The notes under the pieces were generated by a model. The model was not told the DNA's origin and did not search any database. It saw only the letters and a list, made by a program, of their open reading frames with translations. Of a DNA stretch of 64,000 bases, positions 8,405 to 18,533 are shown piece after piece (the stretch's first letter is position 1; each line of letters begins with the position of its first letter). The stretch comes from Candidatus Gottesmanbacteria bacterium (GTDB lineage: Bacteria; Patescibacteriota; Microgenomatia; JAMCYU01), in assembly GCA_043801155.1 (NCBI GenBank), contig JAZDMI010000021.1, forward strand, positions 194,683-258,682. The letters are read 5' to 3'. The position numbers and the translations under genes are program-made.

Positions 8405-9322
8405 ATGGATGTCCCCATTTTAGAGGTCAAAAACCTCACTAAAAAGTTTGCTGGTTTTACTGCAGTTGACGATATTTCCTTTGAGATTAAGGAAGGGGAG
8501 ATACTGGGTTTATTGGGGCCGAACGGTGCTGGTAAAACAACCACGATCGATATTCTTTTAAGCTTAACAAAACCGACAAGCGGAGAAATTCGGATATTTA
8601 ACCTTGATTTTGTAAAGTACAGAGAAACGATTCTCAAAATGATGAATTTTTCGGCTGCTTATATCAGTTTGCCGGCAAGATTAAAGGTGTTTGAAAATTT
8701 ATATACCTTTGCCAGACTTTATGAAGTACCGAATTATAGAAACAAGGTTGACCAACTACTTACAGAATTTCAGCTGATTGGTTTAAAAAATAAAATAACC
8801 ATGGATTTATCATCGGGCCAATTAGCCAGACTTTGTATTTGTAAGGCTTTTATAAATAATCCCAGATTACTTCTCCTTGATGAACCGACTGTTTACCTAG
8901 ATCCTGATATTGCTGATTTCACCAGGAAATATATTACTAAAAAAGTAAAAGAGGAACGGATGACAGTCCTTTTTACTTCTCATAATATGGCCGAAGTGAC
9001 AGAGCTATGCGACAGGGTTATATTTTTAAATAAAGGAAAAATAATCGCCCAAGATACCCCGGAAATGCTGGCAAAAAAAATTAAGTCTTGTCGGGTAAGG
9101 CTCCTATTTGACAATACCAAAGATAAAGCCTTGACACTTCTTAAAAATTATTTATATAACTTTTGGGAAGACGGAAAGGAAATAATTATTGAACTTAATG
9201 AAGAAAATATCGGTCAACTCTTGGGTAGGTTGTCTTTAGCCAAAATAAAATATTATCAAATTACTATCGAAAAACCAACGCTAGAGGACTTTTTCTTAAA
9301 GATCTCGAGAGAGTTTGTATGA
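8405..9322 (+). CDS. ABC transporter ATP-binding subunit (DrrA/NodI-like)
   Basis: Walker A GPNGAGKT, signature LSSGQ, Walker B LLLLDEPT, H-loop TSHNM, C-terminal PTLEDFF. Confidence 0.92.
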   Translation: MDVPILEVKNLTKKFAGFTAVDDISFEIKEGEILGLLGPNGAGKTTTIDILLSLTKPTSGEIRIFNLDFVKYRETILKMMNFSAAYISLPARLKVFENLYTFARLYEVPNYRNKVDQLLTEFQLIGLKNKITMDLSSGQLARLCICKAFINNPRLLLLDEPTVYLDPDIADFTRKYITKKVKEERMTVLFTSHNMAEVTELCDRVIFLNKGKIIAQDTPEMLAKKIKSCRVRLLFDNTKDKALTLLKNYLYNFWEDGKEIIIELNEENIGQLLGRLSLAKIKYYQITIEKPTLEDFFLKISREFV

Positions 9323-10110
9323 ATTTAACCAGGGTATTTGCTATTGTAATTAGACATTTATATCTATGGCCAAGAACTATCGAAAGGATGATGGGTGCCT
9401 TTGGGTGGCCAATTTTTGATCTTATCATTTGGGGATTAGTAACAACCTATATAATGAAAAGTTCAAATCTGTCATTTTCTTTAACCGGTTTTATTTTAGG
9501 CGGATTAATTCTTTGGACTATTGTTTGGCGGGTGCAAAATGATATTTCGGTAAACTTCCTCGATGAGGCCTGGAATAAAAATCTAATAAATATTTTTTCA
9601 ACACCATTAACCCCCAAAGAGTTCTTATCGGCAATGATAATATTAAGTTTAATTAAGATTTCTATGACAACTCTAAGTATTACCGTTGGCGCGTATATTT
9701 TATATCGTTTTAATTTTTTGGCAACATTTGGTTTATATATTCCCGTGTTGTTTATAAATTTATTATTGTTTGGGTGGATATATGGATTCTTAGTTAATGG
9801 TTTAATACTCCGCTACGGATATATGGTGGCTGAATTAGCCTGGGCGTTAATTGCTCTTGTCCAACCATTCGCTTGTGTTTTCTATCCATTAGCCTCGTTA
9901 CCTTTATGGGCTCAAAAAATCGGATTAATGATTCCAGTAACATATGTGTTTGAGGAAATGCGTAATATTTTATTTACCGGAAATATAAATTGGAATAACC
10001 TGTTAATTAGTTTTATTTTAAATATGATATATCTTGTATTATCCCTATGGTATTTCAGGTCAATGTTTGAGAAAGCCAGAGAATTCGGGCGTTTAGTAAA
10101 ACTAAATTAA
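9319..10110 (+). CDS. ABC-2 type permease
   Basis: About 6 TM segments, VFYPLASLPLWAQ..P.TYVFE motif. ATGA-coupled to the ATPase. Confidence 0.88.
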   Translation: MNLTRVFAIVIRHLYLWPRTIERMMGAFGWPIFDLIIWGLVTTYIMKSSNLSFSLTGFILGGLILWTIVWRVQNDISVNFLDEAWNKNLINIFSTPLTPKEFLSAMIILSLIKISMTTLSITVGAYILYRFNFLATFGLYIPVLFINLLLFGWIYGFLVNGLILRYGYMVAELAWALIALVQPFACVFYPLASLPLWAQKIGLMIPVTYVFEEMRNILFTGNINWNNLLISFILNMIYLVLSLWYFRSMFEKAREFGRLVKLN

Positions 10111-10111
10111 T

Positions 10112-10876
10112 ATGAACAATAATAAAATCTACGTTTCTGTAATTATTCCTTGTTACAACGAGGAACAAAATATTAAAACAGGTATTCTTGATAAGGTCTA
10201 TGCTTATCTTGAGAAACAGAATTATTCCTGGGATGTAAATATTGTTGATGATGGTTCAAGTGATAATAGCGTTCGTCTGGTCGAAAAATTTATTAGTGGC
10301 CATCCCAATTTTTCATTAATCAGAAATCCTCATCAAGGAAAAGCAGCTACCGTTATTTCGGGCATGCTTCAAGCAAAGGGGAAATATGTCCTTTTTAGTG
10401 ATTTTGATCAAGCTACGCCAATTGAGGAAATCGAGAAAGTTTTACCATGGTTTGATCAAGGTTTTGATATAATAATTGGCTCTCGAAGTAGTCACCGGAA
10501 AGGAGCACCGTTATCTAGATTAATTATTGCCAGAGGATTTATGTTACTTAGGCATTTAGTATTAGGTCTTGAAGGAATTTCTGATACTCAATGCGGTTTT
10601 AAGGCTTTTAAAAATGATGTCGCCAATAAGCTATTTGGTTTTTTAAGATTATACGGAGAGAAAAAAAGTGTATCTGGCCCGCTTGTTACTGCCGGTTTTG
10701 ACATTGAACTTCTTTTTTTAGCTAAAAAATTAGGTTTTAAAATTAAAGAAGTGCCAGTTGAATGGCATTATGTTGAGACCAGAAGGGTAAATCCGGTAAA
10801 AGATTCATGGTATGGTTTTTGGGATTTAATTTTGATTCGGTTAAATGAGATCCGTGGTCTTTATGATAAAAAATAG
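10112..10876 (+). CDS. GT2, dolichyl/polyprenyl-phosphate glucosyltransferase (DPG synthase)-like
   Basis: IIPCYNEE, VDDGSSD, DFD, GSR, DTQCGFKAF, GFDIELL, EVPVEW. Confidence 0.85.
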   Translation: MNNNKIYVSVIIPCYNEEQNIKTGILDKVYAYLEKQNYSWDVNIVDDGSSDNSVRLVEKFISGHPNFSLIRNPHQGKAATVISGMLQAKGKYVLFSDFDQATPIEEIEKVLPWFDQGFDIIIGSRSSHRKGAPLSRLIIARGFMLLRHLVLGLEGISDTQCGFKAFKNDVANKLFGFLRLYGEKKSVSGPLVTAGFDIELLFLAKKLGFKIKEVPVEWHYVETRRVNPVKDSWYGFWDLILIRLNEIRGLYDKK

Positions 10877-12044
10877 ATTCTTATTATTTGTTATATTCTA
10901 TATATTTACCATTATTAGCCTTTTCTTTTACTCTTTTACGCAAGTAGACCTTAACTTAACCTTATCCAAATCTTCCAAAATTCAGGAACTTGAAAAAGCA
11001 TTTATCCAAATTGGATATTTTAATCGACCACTCTCAACAACTATTTTTATTATCTTAATTATTTTACTTTTTATGGCTTATTTTATTATTCTTTCGCTGG
11101 TATATAAGAAAATAATCCCACGCCGTCATATTTGGATATTGATTATAGTAACAACAATATTACTATTATTTTCGTATCCGGCATTTTCTCATGATATCTT
11201 TAATTATATGTTCTGGGCGAGGATTTTTACCCATTATGGTCTTTCTCCATATCAATTTCGCGCGCTTGATTTTCCGGCTGATACCTGGACCCGCTTTATG
11301 CATTGGACCCATACCACATATAATCACGGACCTTTATATCTTATTATTAGTTTTATTCCCTCCTTTTTGGGATTAAATAAATTTGTTTTGACACTGATGA
11401 ATTTTAAACTATTGAACATTGGTGCTTATTTGGGGAGTATCTTTTTTATTAATAAAATTACCAAAAAGATCGATAATCAACATAATTTATTAGCGGTTAG
11501 TTTTTTTGCCTTTAATCCGGTGGTGATAATTGAATCTTTAGTTAGCGCCCACAATGATATCTTAATGCTTTTCCTTGCCTTAATATCGATATATTTTTTA
11601 ATCAGCAAAAAATATATTGCCTCATTTGTATTTTTAATATTATCCGCCGGGATTAAGTTTGTGACAATTATATTTGTGCCGCTGTATATATATTTTTTAC
11701 TTAAGAAAAAGGAAGATTTTAATATGCTTTTAAAATTAACGATTGTTTTTTATTTAATCGGTTTAATCCCGTTGATTTATCAGCGGGAACCATATCCATG
11801 GTATTTTATTCCGCTAATCGGGTTTGCCAGTCTTTCTTTTAAGGATTATTTTATAAGATTAATTTTTATTGGTTTATCTTGCGGATTGTTATTAAGGTAT
11901 GCCCCATATCTATTTTTTGGTGACTATAAGCCACCAGTTCCTCTGATAACCCTTTGGCTTACCATCGCTGCCCTAGTTATCTCTATACTAGTTTGGATCA
12001 TTAGCCAACTTCATACTTTTAAGATTTTCAAAGAGGAAACATGA
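10863..12044 (+). CDS. GT-C-fold, MptA/MptB-like polyprenol-P-sugar glycosyltransferase (group E)
   Basis: PAFSHDIFNY, YNHGPL, FNP.V.IE.L.SAHND, IKF, PWY. Paralog of 58835. Start set at the second Met (10863) to shorten the overlap. Confidence 0.7.
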   Translation: MIKNRFLLFVIFYIFTIISLFFYSFTQVDLNLTLSKSSKIQELEKAFIQIGYFNRPLSTTIFIILIILLFMAYFIILSLVYKKIIPRRHIWILIIVTTILLLFSYPAFSHDIFNYMFWARIFTHYGLSPYQFRALDFPADTWTRFMHWTHTTYNHGPLYLIISFIPSFLGLNKFVLTLMNFKLLNIGAYLGSIFFINKITKKIDNQHNLLAVSFFAFNPVVIIESLVSAHNDILMLFLALISIYFLISKKYIASFVFLILSAGIKFVTIIFVPLYIYFLLKKKEDFNMLLKLTIVFYLIGLIPLIYQREPYPWYFIPLIGFASLSFKDYFIRLIFIGLSCGLLLRYAPYLFFGDYKPPVPLITLWLTIAALVISILVWIISQLHTFKIFKEET

Positions 12045-13123
12045 GGTTAAGACTCGAACTGATATTGTTGGTAATTATCCTGCTTATTAATCTTAGTTTC
12101 CGAATTTATAATTTTAGAATCGAATATCTAACAAAATTTGATCCTGTTTATTGGCAAAACCGTTATCTTCAATCACAATGGGTTGATCCTCAATCAAAGA
12201 ATTCAATCGGTGATGATGGTCTCTATGCGTACGCCGGATGGGCATATATTACTGGTCACGATCCGACGACTCTTAACGCGGAAATGCCCCCATTGGGGAA
12301 ATATATAATCGGACTTTCTATTTTAATCTTCCACAATCAGAATATATATGCTCTGACTATCGGTCTTTTATGCTTACTTTTCTTTTATAAATTAAATTTT
12401 CTTATACTAAAGAATAAACTGTGGTCTCTTATCCCGGTAGTAGTTTTTTCTTTTGAACCGTTGTTTTATCAACAATTGAGAGCGCCCTATCTTGATACTT
12501 TATATCTTCTTTTGCTGATGTTAACTTTCTTTAGTTTTTTAAAAAAGAAATTTTTCTTAACAGGTCTATTTATAGGACTAATGGCCTTGACTAAAAACTC
12601 TGCCTCTACATTTTTACTTTTGGGATTAACTTTAGTCGGGTATTTATTTATTACGGAACGTGAACAAATAATCAAATTTATTTTAAATCTGCCGGTGGCA
12701 ATAATAATATTCATTCTGGGGTACAGCCGATATTTTATATTGGGGCACAATTTAAGGGAATTTTTAGGTGTGCAAAAATGGATACTGAATTTCTATAGCA
12801 TCGGAGCAAAGGGTAGCCTGGGCATGGTTATGCCGATGTTTTTTAATCATTGGCAAACATGGTGGAATGGCGTGATTAAGATTTCTGAATGGCAAATTAC
12901 TTGGCCGGTAACGTTGGTATTCAGTATTTTGTATATAGTATTTAGTATTTTTCGACATAAGTTTGACGCAAGTTTGTTAATAGTTATTTGGCTTATTATT
13001 TTTATTTCCTTTTTAAGTTTTATTCCTGTTTGGCCGAGATATTTCTTGCTGATTTTACCATTTACTTATCTACTAACAATTAATTTGGTCAAAGAAACAG
13101 TTAGTAATATAATAAGTAGATAG
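12041..13123 (+). CDS. GT-C-fold membrane protein with a PMT (GT39)-like motif
   Basis: IGDDGLYAYAG and NAEMPPLGKY (compare PMT HPPLGK), APYLD, WPRY. Polytopic. Confidence 0.65.
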   Translation: MRLRLELILLVIILLINLSFRIYNFRIEYLTKFDPVYWQNRYLQSQWVDPQSKNSIGDDGLYAYAGWAYITGHDPTTLNAEMPPLGKYIIGLSILIFHNQNIYALTIGLLCLLFFYKLNFLILKNKLWSLIPVVVFSFEPLFYQQLRAPYLDTLYLLLLMLTFFSFLKKKFFLTGLFIGLMALTKNSASTFLLLGLTLVGYLFITEREQIIKFILNLPVAIIIFILGYSRYFILGHNLREFLGVQKWILNFYSIGAKGSLGMVMPMFFNHWQTWWNGVIKISEWQITWPVTLVFSILYIVFSIFRHKFDASLLIVIWLIIFISFLSFIPVWPRYFLLILPFTYLLTINLVKETVSNIISR

Positions 13124-13138
13124 GTACAAATAAAAGTT

Positions 13139-14620
13139 ATGCTAAAAAACCTTAAAAAAATCGAAATTATTTCCATTATTGGCATTCTAATAGTCTATTT
13201 TATCTCACGACTAATAAGTATAAATAATTTTCCCATTTTTACTGATGAGGCAATCTATCTTCGTTGGGCGCAAATTGCTAAAAACGACGCTAACTGGCGT
13301 TTTATATCTTTAACAGATGGAAAACAGCCTCTCTTTATATGGTTAACGATGATAAGTATGAGATTTATAACCGATCCAATTATTGCCGGAAGGTTTGTCT
13401 CGGTTATCGTCGGTGCATTTACTATTATTGGTTTAATTCTTTTGGGTAAGATTATTTTTGAAAAATGGGGAGTAGGTATTATAGCTGGATTAATTTATAC
13501 GATTCTTCCTTTTGCTCTGGTATATGATCGAATGGCTTTGATGGACGGACTACTTGGATGTGCAATTATTTGGGCGTTATTATTTGAGATAATCCTTGTT
13601 AAAACACTTAGATTAGATATTGCTTTAATTACTGGTGGTATTGTTGGTTTTGGTCTGTTGACAAAAACATCAGCTTTATTTGCCTTATATTTATTACCGT
13701 TTTCGTTATTATTATTTGATTGGCGAAAGCCGAGACGATTAAGAAGATTAACTATCTGGGTAGGACTTGCATTGGTAGTAATTATTATTTCGCAAATGAT
13801 GTATAGCATCTTAAGGCTTTCACCTTTTTTTCATATTATCGGCCAAAAGGATCAAACATTTATTTACAGCATTTCGCAATGGTTAACACATCCATTCAAA
13901 AATATTATTGGTAACCTAAATGGATTAATTAATTGGTTTACAATTTATCTAACTAAACCGATCGTGATTACTTTATTAGTCAGCTTGTTATGGGGTAAGA
14001 AATTTATTAAAGAAAAACTGTTACTTCTATTATGGTTTATTATTCCTTTTATGGCTTTAGCTCTTTTTGGCTTTGTCCTTTATCCCCGTTTTATTTTCTT
14101 TATGGTTATTCCATTATTAGTTCTCATCGGCTATGTAATCAATAGGCTTTTTGGCATAAGAAAATTATATGGCATATTATTACTAGTTATTTTATTTATT
14201 ATGCCTTTAATAATTGATTTAACTCTATTGGTTAAACCAACCGAAGCACAAGTTCCCCGATCTGATTCGAATCAATATTTTAATGATTGGCCTTCAGGAT
14301 GGGGAATTGAAGAAAGCATTGCTTTTTTCAAAGAAAAATCCAAAAATAATAAGATAGCCATTTATACCGAAGGAACTTTTGGGTTGCTACCTGCTGCCAT
14401 TGAGCTTTATTTAGCTGATAATCCAAATATTTATATACGGGGTATTTGGCCAGTACCGAATAAACTTCCTAATGAAATCGTCAAGATGGTTAGCAACCGA
14501 CCTACATATATTATTTTTTTCCAGAATCCACCGCCACCAGCATGGTCACTTGAAAAGGTATTAGAAATTCAAAAAGGGAAAAGTAAACGATTTAATACCG
14601 TTTATCAAATCAAACCTTAA
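13139..14620 (+). CDS. GT-C-fold PMT_2/ArnT-like glycosyltransferase
   Basis: PIFTDEAIY, DGKQPLFIW, DRMALMD, LLTKTS, YPRF. Many TM segments plus a soluble C-terminus. Confidence 0.75.
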   Translation: MLKNLKKIEIISIIGILIVYFISRLISINNFPIFTDEAIYLRWAQIAKNDANWRFISLTDGKQPLFIWLTMISMRFITDPIIAGRFVSVIVGAFTIIGLILLGKIIFEKWGVGIIAGLIYTILPFALVYDRMALMDGLLGCAIIWALLFEIILVKTLRLDIALITGGIVGFGLLTKTSALFALYLLPFSLLLFDWRKPRRLRRLTIWVGLALVVIIISQMMYSILRLSPFFHIIGQKDQTFIYSISQWLTHPFKNIIGNLNGLINWFTIYLTKPIVITLLVSLLWGKKFIKEKLLLLLWFIIPFMALALFGFVLYPRFIFFMVIPLLVLIGYVINRLFGIRKLYGILLLVILFIMPLIIDLTLLVKPTEAQVPRSDSNQYFNDWPSGWGIEESIAFFKEKSKNNKIAIYTEGTFGLLPAAIELYLADNPNIYIRGIWPVPNKLPNEIVKMVSNRPTYIIFFQNPPPPAWSLEKVLEIQKGKSKRFNTVYQIKP

Positions 14621-14622
14621 AG

Positions 14623-16980
14623 ATGATTTCCTCCTTAAAAAAAAGATGGCCAATATTATTTTTTCTCGTTTTCTTATTAATTTTCTTTCGTAAAACATTT
14701 TTTGCCGGGCTATTACCAATTCCATCTGACCTACTAGTCTCATGGTTTTTTCCTTATTCCTCAGGGGGGTTTATTGATTACAATTCCTGGACTACCCATA
14801 AAGGCTTAGTGGCCGACGATGCCGTGCGTCAACAATATCCATGGAAAACATTTAGTGCCAAGCAGTGGGAAAATGGCAATGCGCCGCTTTGGAATCCTTA
14901 TGCTTTTTCAGGTTACCCGCAGTTAGCGAATCTACAAACGGGAGCCTTTTATCCTCTAAATTTTTTATTTATTCTAATCGATCCAAAGATAGCCTGGACA
15001 ATACTAATTATGGCTCAACCACTATTGTCGTTTATTTTTATGTATCTTTTCTTGAAAACACTGCGTCTTTCTCAAATAAGTGCTGCCTTTGGCAGTCTTA
15101 TCTTTATAGGAATGACATTTGAAATGCTCTGGTTAGAACAAATGATAATTGGACATACGACTTTATGGTTACCTTTAGTTTTATTATGTATTCAAAAAGC
15201 ATCAGAGGGAAAAAAGAAATGGGCGGTTTTAGGAATCGTTGCCTTAACCATGTCTATTTTGGCTGGTTATGCCCAAACATCATTATATGTCGTTCTGATA
15301 GCCTTATCATATTTTATTTATAAATTATTTTACGTTAATAATAAAAAAGAATTTATTACTATTGGAATAGTGCTGTTTGTATTCCCACTTTTATTATCGG
15401 CAATACAATTATTACCGGTTTTTGAAATTTATAATTTTTCTGCCCGAGAGGGAGAAGCATCCCAAGCCTTATTTGGTAAATTTTTAGCTACCCCAAGACA
15501 ATTATTAACTCTATTTTCATCAGATATCTTTGGTAACGTTGCTACAAAAAATTTCTGGGGCGATCAATATACTGATTTTAACCTTTTTTTTGGCATAATA
15601 GCGTTATTAGTAATAGTGACCGGTATCAGAACAATGATAATTAGTAGATTCAATCTACGAGAATGCAAATTGTTTATTATTTTAGGATTGGTTGGTTTAG
15701 CCCTAGCGATTCCGCCGCTTGGTTTTCTTCCTCTTATTTTAAATATTCCGATACTTTCCACCGGAGTTCCGGCAAGATTTATCTTTATTTTTCAATTCTG
15801 TGCCTGTATTGTTGCAGCCTTTTGTTTTGATTGGATAATAAAGGAAAAATTAAATCGATTTTCGATTAAACCCGCGACTCTAATTTTTATTTTTATTATC
15901 TTATTATCCTTGAATTTCTTCTTTTTAGCTCGTGTTACTCCAAACATAGCCAATAAAACAAATTATCTTGTTAGTCTTCGTAATTTAGTTTTAACTATCG
16001 GTATTGCAGGTTCTGGTTTATTGGGATTATATAGTTTACGGTTTTCAAAGATAAGATATGCCGGAATGATATTTATCATCATATTGGCTGCACTAGAATA
16101 CCTCTATTTGGGAAATAAATACTTGCCATTTGCTAAAAAAGAATATTTATTTCCTGATCATGTACTTTTAACTTTTTTAAAAGAGCAACCGGGAATAGAC
16201 CGATTTTGGGGAGAAGGATCAGCAAAAATTGGCACAAATATACCTACCTACTATGGACTTTATTATCCCGAAGGTTACGATTCTCTATATATTAAGCGTT
16301 ATGGAGAGCTAGTAAATGCTGCATATGATGGTCAAATTACCAAAAAAATTCCCCGAAGTGATGTTAATATTAATGAAAAGTCTTTATATAAAGAAAGATT
16401 ACTTGACATACTAGGAGTAAAATTCATCTTAGACAAAAATGATATACCTAAATCGGAGTTTGAACCAGAAGACTGGAAGTTTACTCCGGATCGTTATAAA
16501 TTAATTTGGCAGCGTGAGAAATTTAAAGTTTATGAAAATCTTTATTCTTGGCCAAGGATCTATTTTGCCCAAGATATTATCGTTAAGGATAATGATCAGG
16601 AGATAATTAATGAAATTTATAAAAGTAAGGGAAAAAATATTGCCGTAATAGAAAAACCATTAGAGGAAAATTTTAAACCCGATAATCTGGGTAAAATAAA
16701 CCTACTCAAATATTCTCCAAATAAAATTATTATAAATAGCCAATCTCAGGAGCAAGGATTTTTAGTCATATCTGATAATTACTTTCCCGGGTGGGAAGCC
16801 TATATCGATAATCAAAAGACAACTATTTATCGGACAAATTATACTTTTCGTGGTATCAGTGTTCCTGCCGGAGATCATCAAATCATATTTTCTTATAATC
16901 CATTTTCTTTTCGTTTGGGATTTGTTATTTCATTAATTAGCTTATTTGGGATTATAGCAATTTACTTTATCGTCTTATGA
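14623..16980 (+). CDS. YfhO-family GT-C membrane protein (group C)
   Basis: DAVRQQYPWK, PLWNPYAFSGYPQLAN, QLLP, EGYDSL, C-terminal DNYFPGW..YRTNYTFRGI.VPAG.H followed by a TM segment. Confidence 0.8.
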   Translation: MISSLKKRWPILFFLVFLLIFFRKTFFAGLLPIPSDLLVSWFFPYSSGGFIDYNSWTTHKGLVADDAVRQQYPWKTFSAKQWENGNAPLWNPYAFSGYPQLANLQTGAFYPLNFLFILIDPKIAWTILIMAQPLLSFIFMYLFLKTLRLSQISAAFGSLIFIGMTFEMLWLEQMIIGHTTLWLPLVLLCIQKASEGKKKWAVLGIVALTMSILAGYAQTSLYVVLIALSYFIYKLFYVNNKKEFITIGIVLFVFPLLLSAIQLLPVFEIYNFSAREGEASQALFGKFLATPRQLLTLFSSDIFGNVATKNFWGDQYTDFNLFFGIIALLVIVTGIRTMIISRFNLRECKLFIILGLVGLALAIPPLGFLPLILNIPILSTGVPARFIFIFQFCACIVAAFCFDWIIKEKLNRFSIKPATLIFIFIILLSLNFFFLARVTPNIANKTNYLVSLRNLVLTIGIAGSGLLGLYSLRFSKIRYAGMIFIIILAALEYLYLGNKYLPFAKKEYLFPDHVLLTFLKEQPGIDRFWGEGSAKIGTNIPTYYGLYYPEGYDSLYIKRYGELVNAAYDGQITKKIPRSDVNINEKSLYKERLLDILGVKFILDKNDIPKSEFEPEDWKFTPDRYKLIWQREKFKVYENLYSWPRIYFAQDIIVKDNDQEIINEIYKSKGKNIAVIEKPLEENFKPDNLGKINLLKYSPNKIIINSQSQEQGFLVISDNYFPGWEAYIDNQKTTIYRTNYTFRGISVPAGDHQIIFSYNPFSFRLGFVISLISLFGIIAIYFIVL

Positions 16981-18533
16981 AAAAAGAAATCCTATTTGTA
17001 CGTCTTCGTCAATTATTTTGGCCAATGTTATTCTTAATGTTATTTCTTATACCAATTATTTATCCCTTGTTTAAACAGGGAATGTTTATAAGCGACGATG
17101 GCGAATGGATGATTATCAGATTTTCTGCATTTCATCAGGCACTTCGTGAAGGTCAATTTCCGGTCCGCTGGTTAGGACGATTATGTTATGAATATGGTTA
17201 TCCGGTAGCTAATTTCCTATATCCTGGATTTATGTATCTAGCGGAAATACCAAAAATATTAGGTTTTAGTTTTATCAATTCAATTAAAATTATCTTAGGA
17301 TTTTCATTAATATCGTCTGCAGTATTTTCGTATTTATGGTTAAATAAATTCTTTACCCGAAAGACTGCCTTTCTTGGCGCCTTATTTTATCTTTATGCTC
17401 CTTACCATCTATGGGATGTCTATAAAAGAGGTTCGGTCGGAGAAGTTTTGGCCCTAGCAGTTGTTCCTTTTATTTTATGGGCCCTGGAGAAAAAAAGACT
17501 CTTTATATTTTCTTTAGGGATGGCTATACTTATTGTTTCCCATAACACACTAGCTCTATTATTTCTACCCCTAATTATAATTTATGCTTTTTTTAAAAAA
17601 ACCTTTTCTACCTACTTCTTGCTGTTTGCTACTGTTTTAGGCCTTGGTCTGGCGGCCTTTTTTTGGATTCCCGCGCTATATGATTTACAGTATACTCGTT
17701 TTAGCGATACTCAAGTATCAAATTTTAGCCATTTTTTTTCTAGTCTAGAATTATTAGGATGGCCGACAATAATTATTTTAGTAATAAGCGGATTAACTCT
17801 ACTTCCTTTCAAATATATTTATCATGATAATATCTTCTGGCTTTTCTGGTTAACCGGAATTAGTACCGCGTTCTTAGCTTTACCGCAAAGTTATATTATT
17901 TGGCAATACATACCAACCAATTTTATTCAGTTTCCTTTCCGGTTTTTGTCGATAACTATTATTTGTGGTGCATATTTAATCGGTTGGATAGTTGATCGAA
18001 TATTTATTAATAAACAAAGGCTTATGATTTCTCTTCTGGGAATAATATTATTAATCTATGCCTTTCCCTACTTAAGACCACCGGATTTTGTAAATAAAGG
18101 AGATATATTTTATACCACTAATGAAGATACGACGACAGTTCAAAGCGAGTATCTTCCTCTATGGGTAAAATCTAAGCCAAGTGAACGACCACAGACACTA
18201 TTTGAAATAAATAAAGGCCGAGGGAAAATTGACTATCAATACGCAAATTCACGTCAAATAAAACTTATTTATAATGCCCTGATTCCAATTCAGGTAAAAA
18301 TCAACCGTTTTTATTTTCCCGGATGGTACGCCACTATTGACGGTCAAAAGACAGCAATTTCTTTTGACAACCCGCAAGGTATAATGATAGTATCATCGCC
18401 AGCCGGCAAGCACTCAATGGAAATTGTCTGGAGAGAAACACCGATACGGAAATTAAGTAATTTAATCAGCCTATTAAGCGTGGGTATTTTGATAATTTGG
18501 TTTTTACAAAAGCACTTATCACCTAATGATTAA
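16977..18533 (+). CDS. 'PTPS-related' membrane protein, predicted GT-C (group D)
   Basis: SDDG, GQFPVRW...YGYP, RGSVGE, SHN, FFWIPA, QFPFRF, EYLP, YFPGW. Confidence 0.72.
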   Translation: MKKEILFVRLRQLFWPMLFLMLFLIPIIYPLFKQGMFISDDGEWMIIRFSAFHQALREGQFPVRWLGRLCYEYGYPVANFLYPGFMYLAEIPKILGFSFINSIKIILGFSLISSAVFSYLWLNKFFTRKTAFLGALFYLYAPYHLWDVYKRGSVGEVLALAVVPFILWALEKKRLFIFSLGMAILIVSHNTLALLFLPLIIIYAFFKKTFSTYFLLFATVLGLGLAAFFWIPALYDLQYTRFSDTQVSNFSHFFSSLELLGWPTIIILVISGLTLLPFKYIYHDNIFWLFWLTGISTAFLALPQSYIIWQYIPTNFIQFPFRFLSITIICGAYLIGWIVDRIFINKQRLMISLLGIILLIYAFPYLRPPDFVNKGDIFYTTNEDTTTVQSEYLPLWVKSKPSERPQTLFEINKGRGKIDYQYANSRQIKLIYNALIPIQVKINRFYFPGWYATIDGQKTAISFDNPQGIMIVSSPAGKHSMEIVWRETPIRKLSNLISLLSVGILIIWFLQKHLSPND

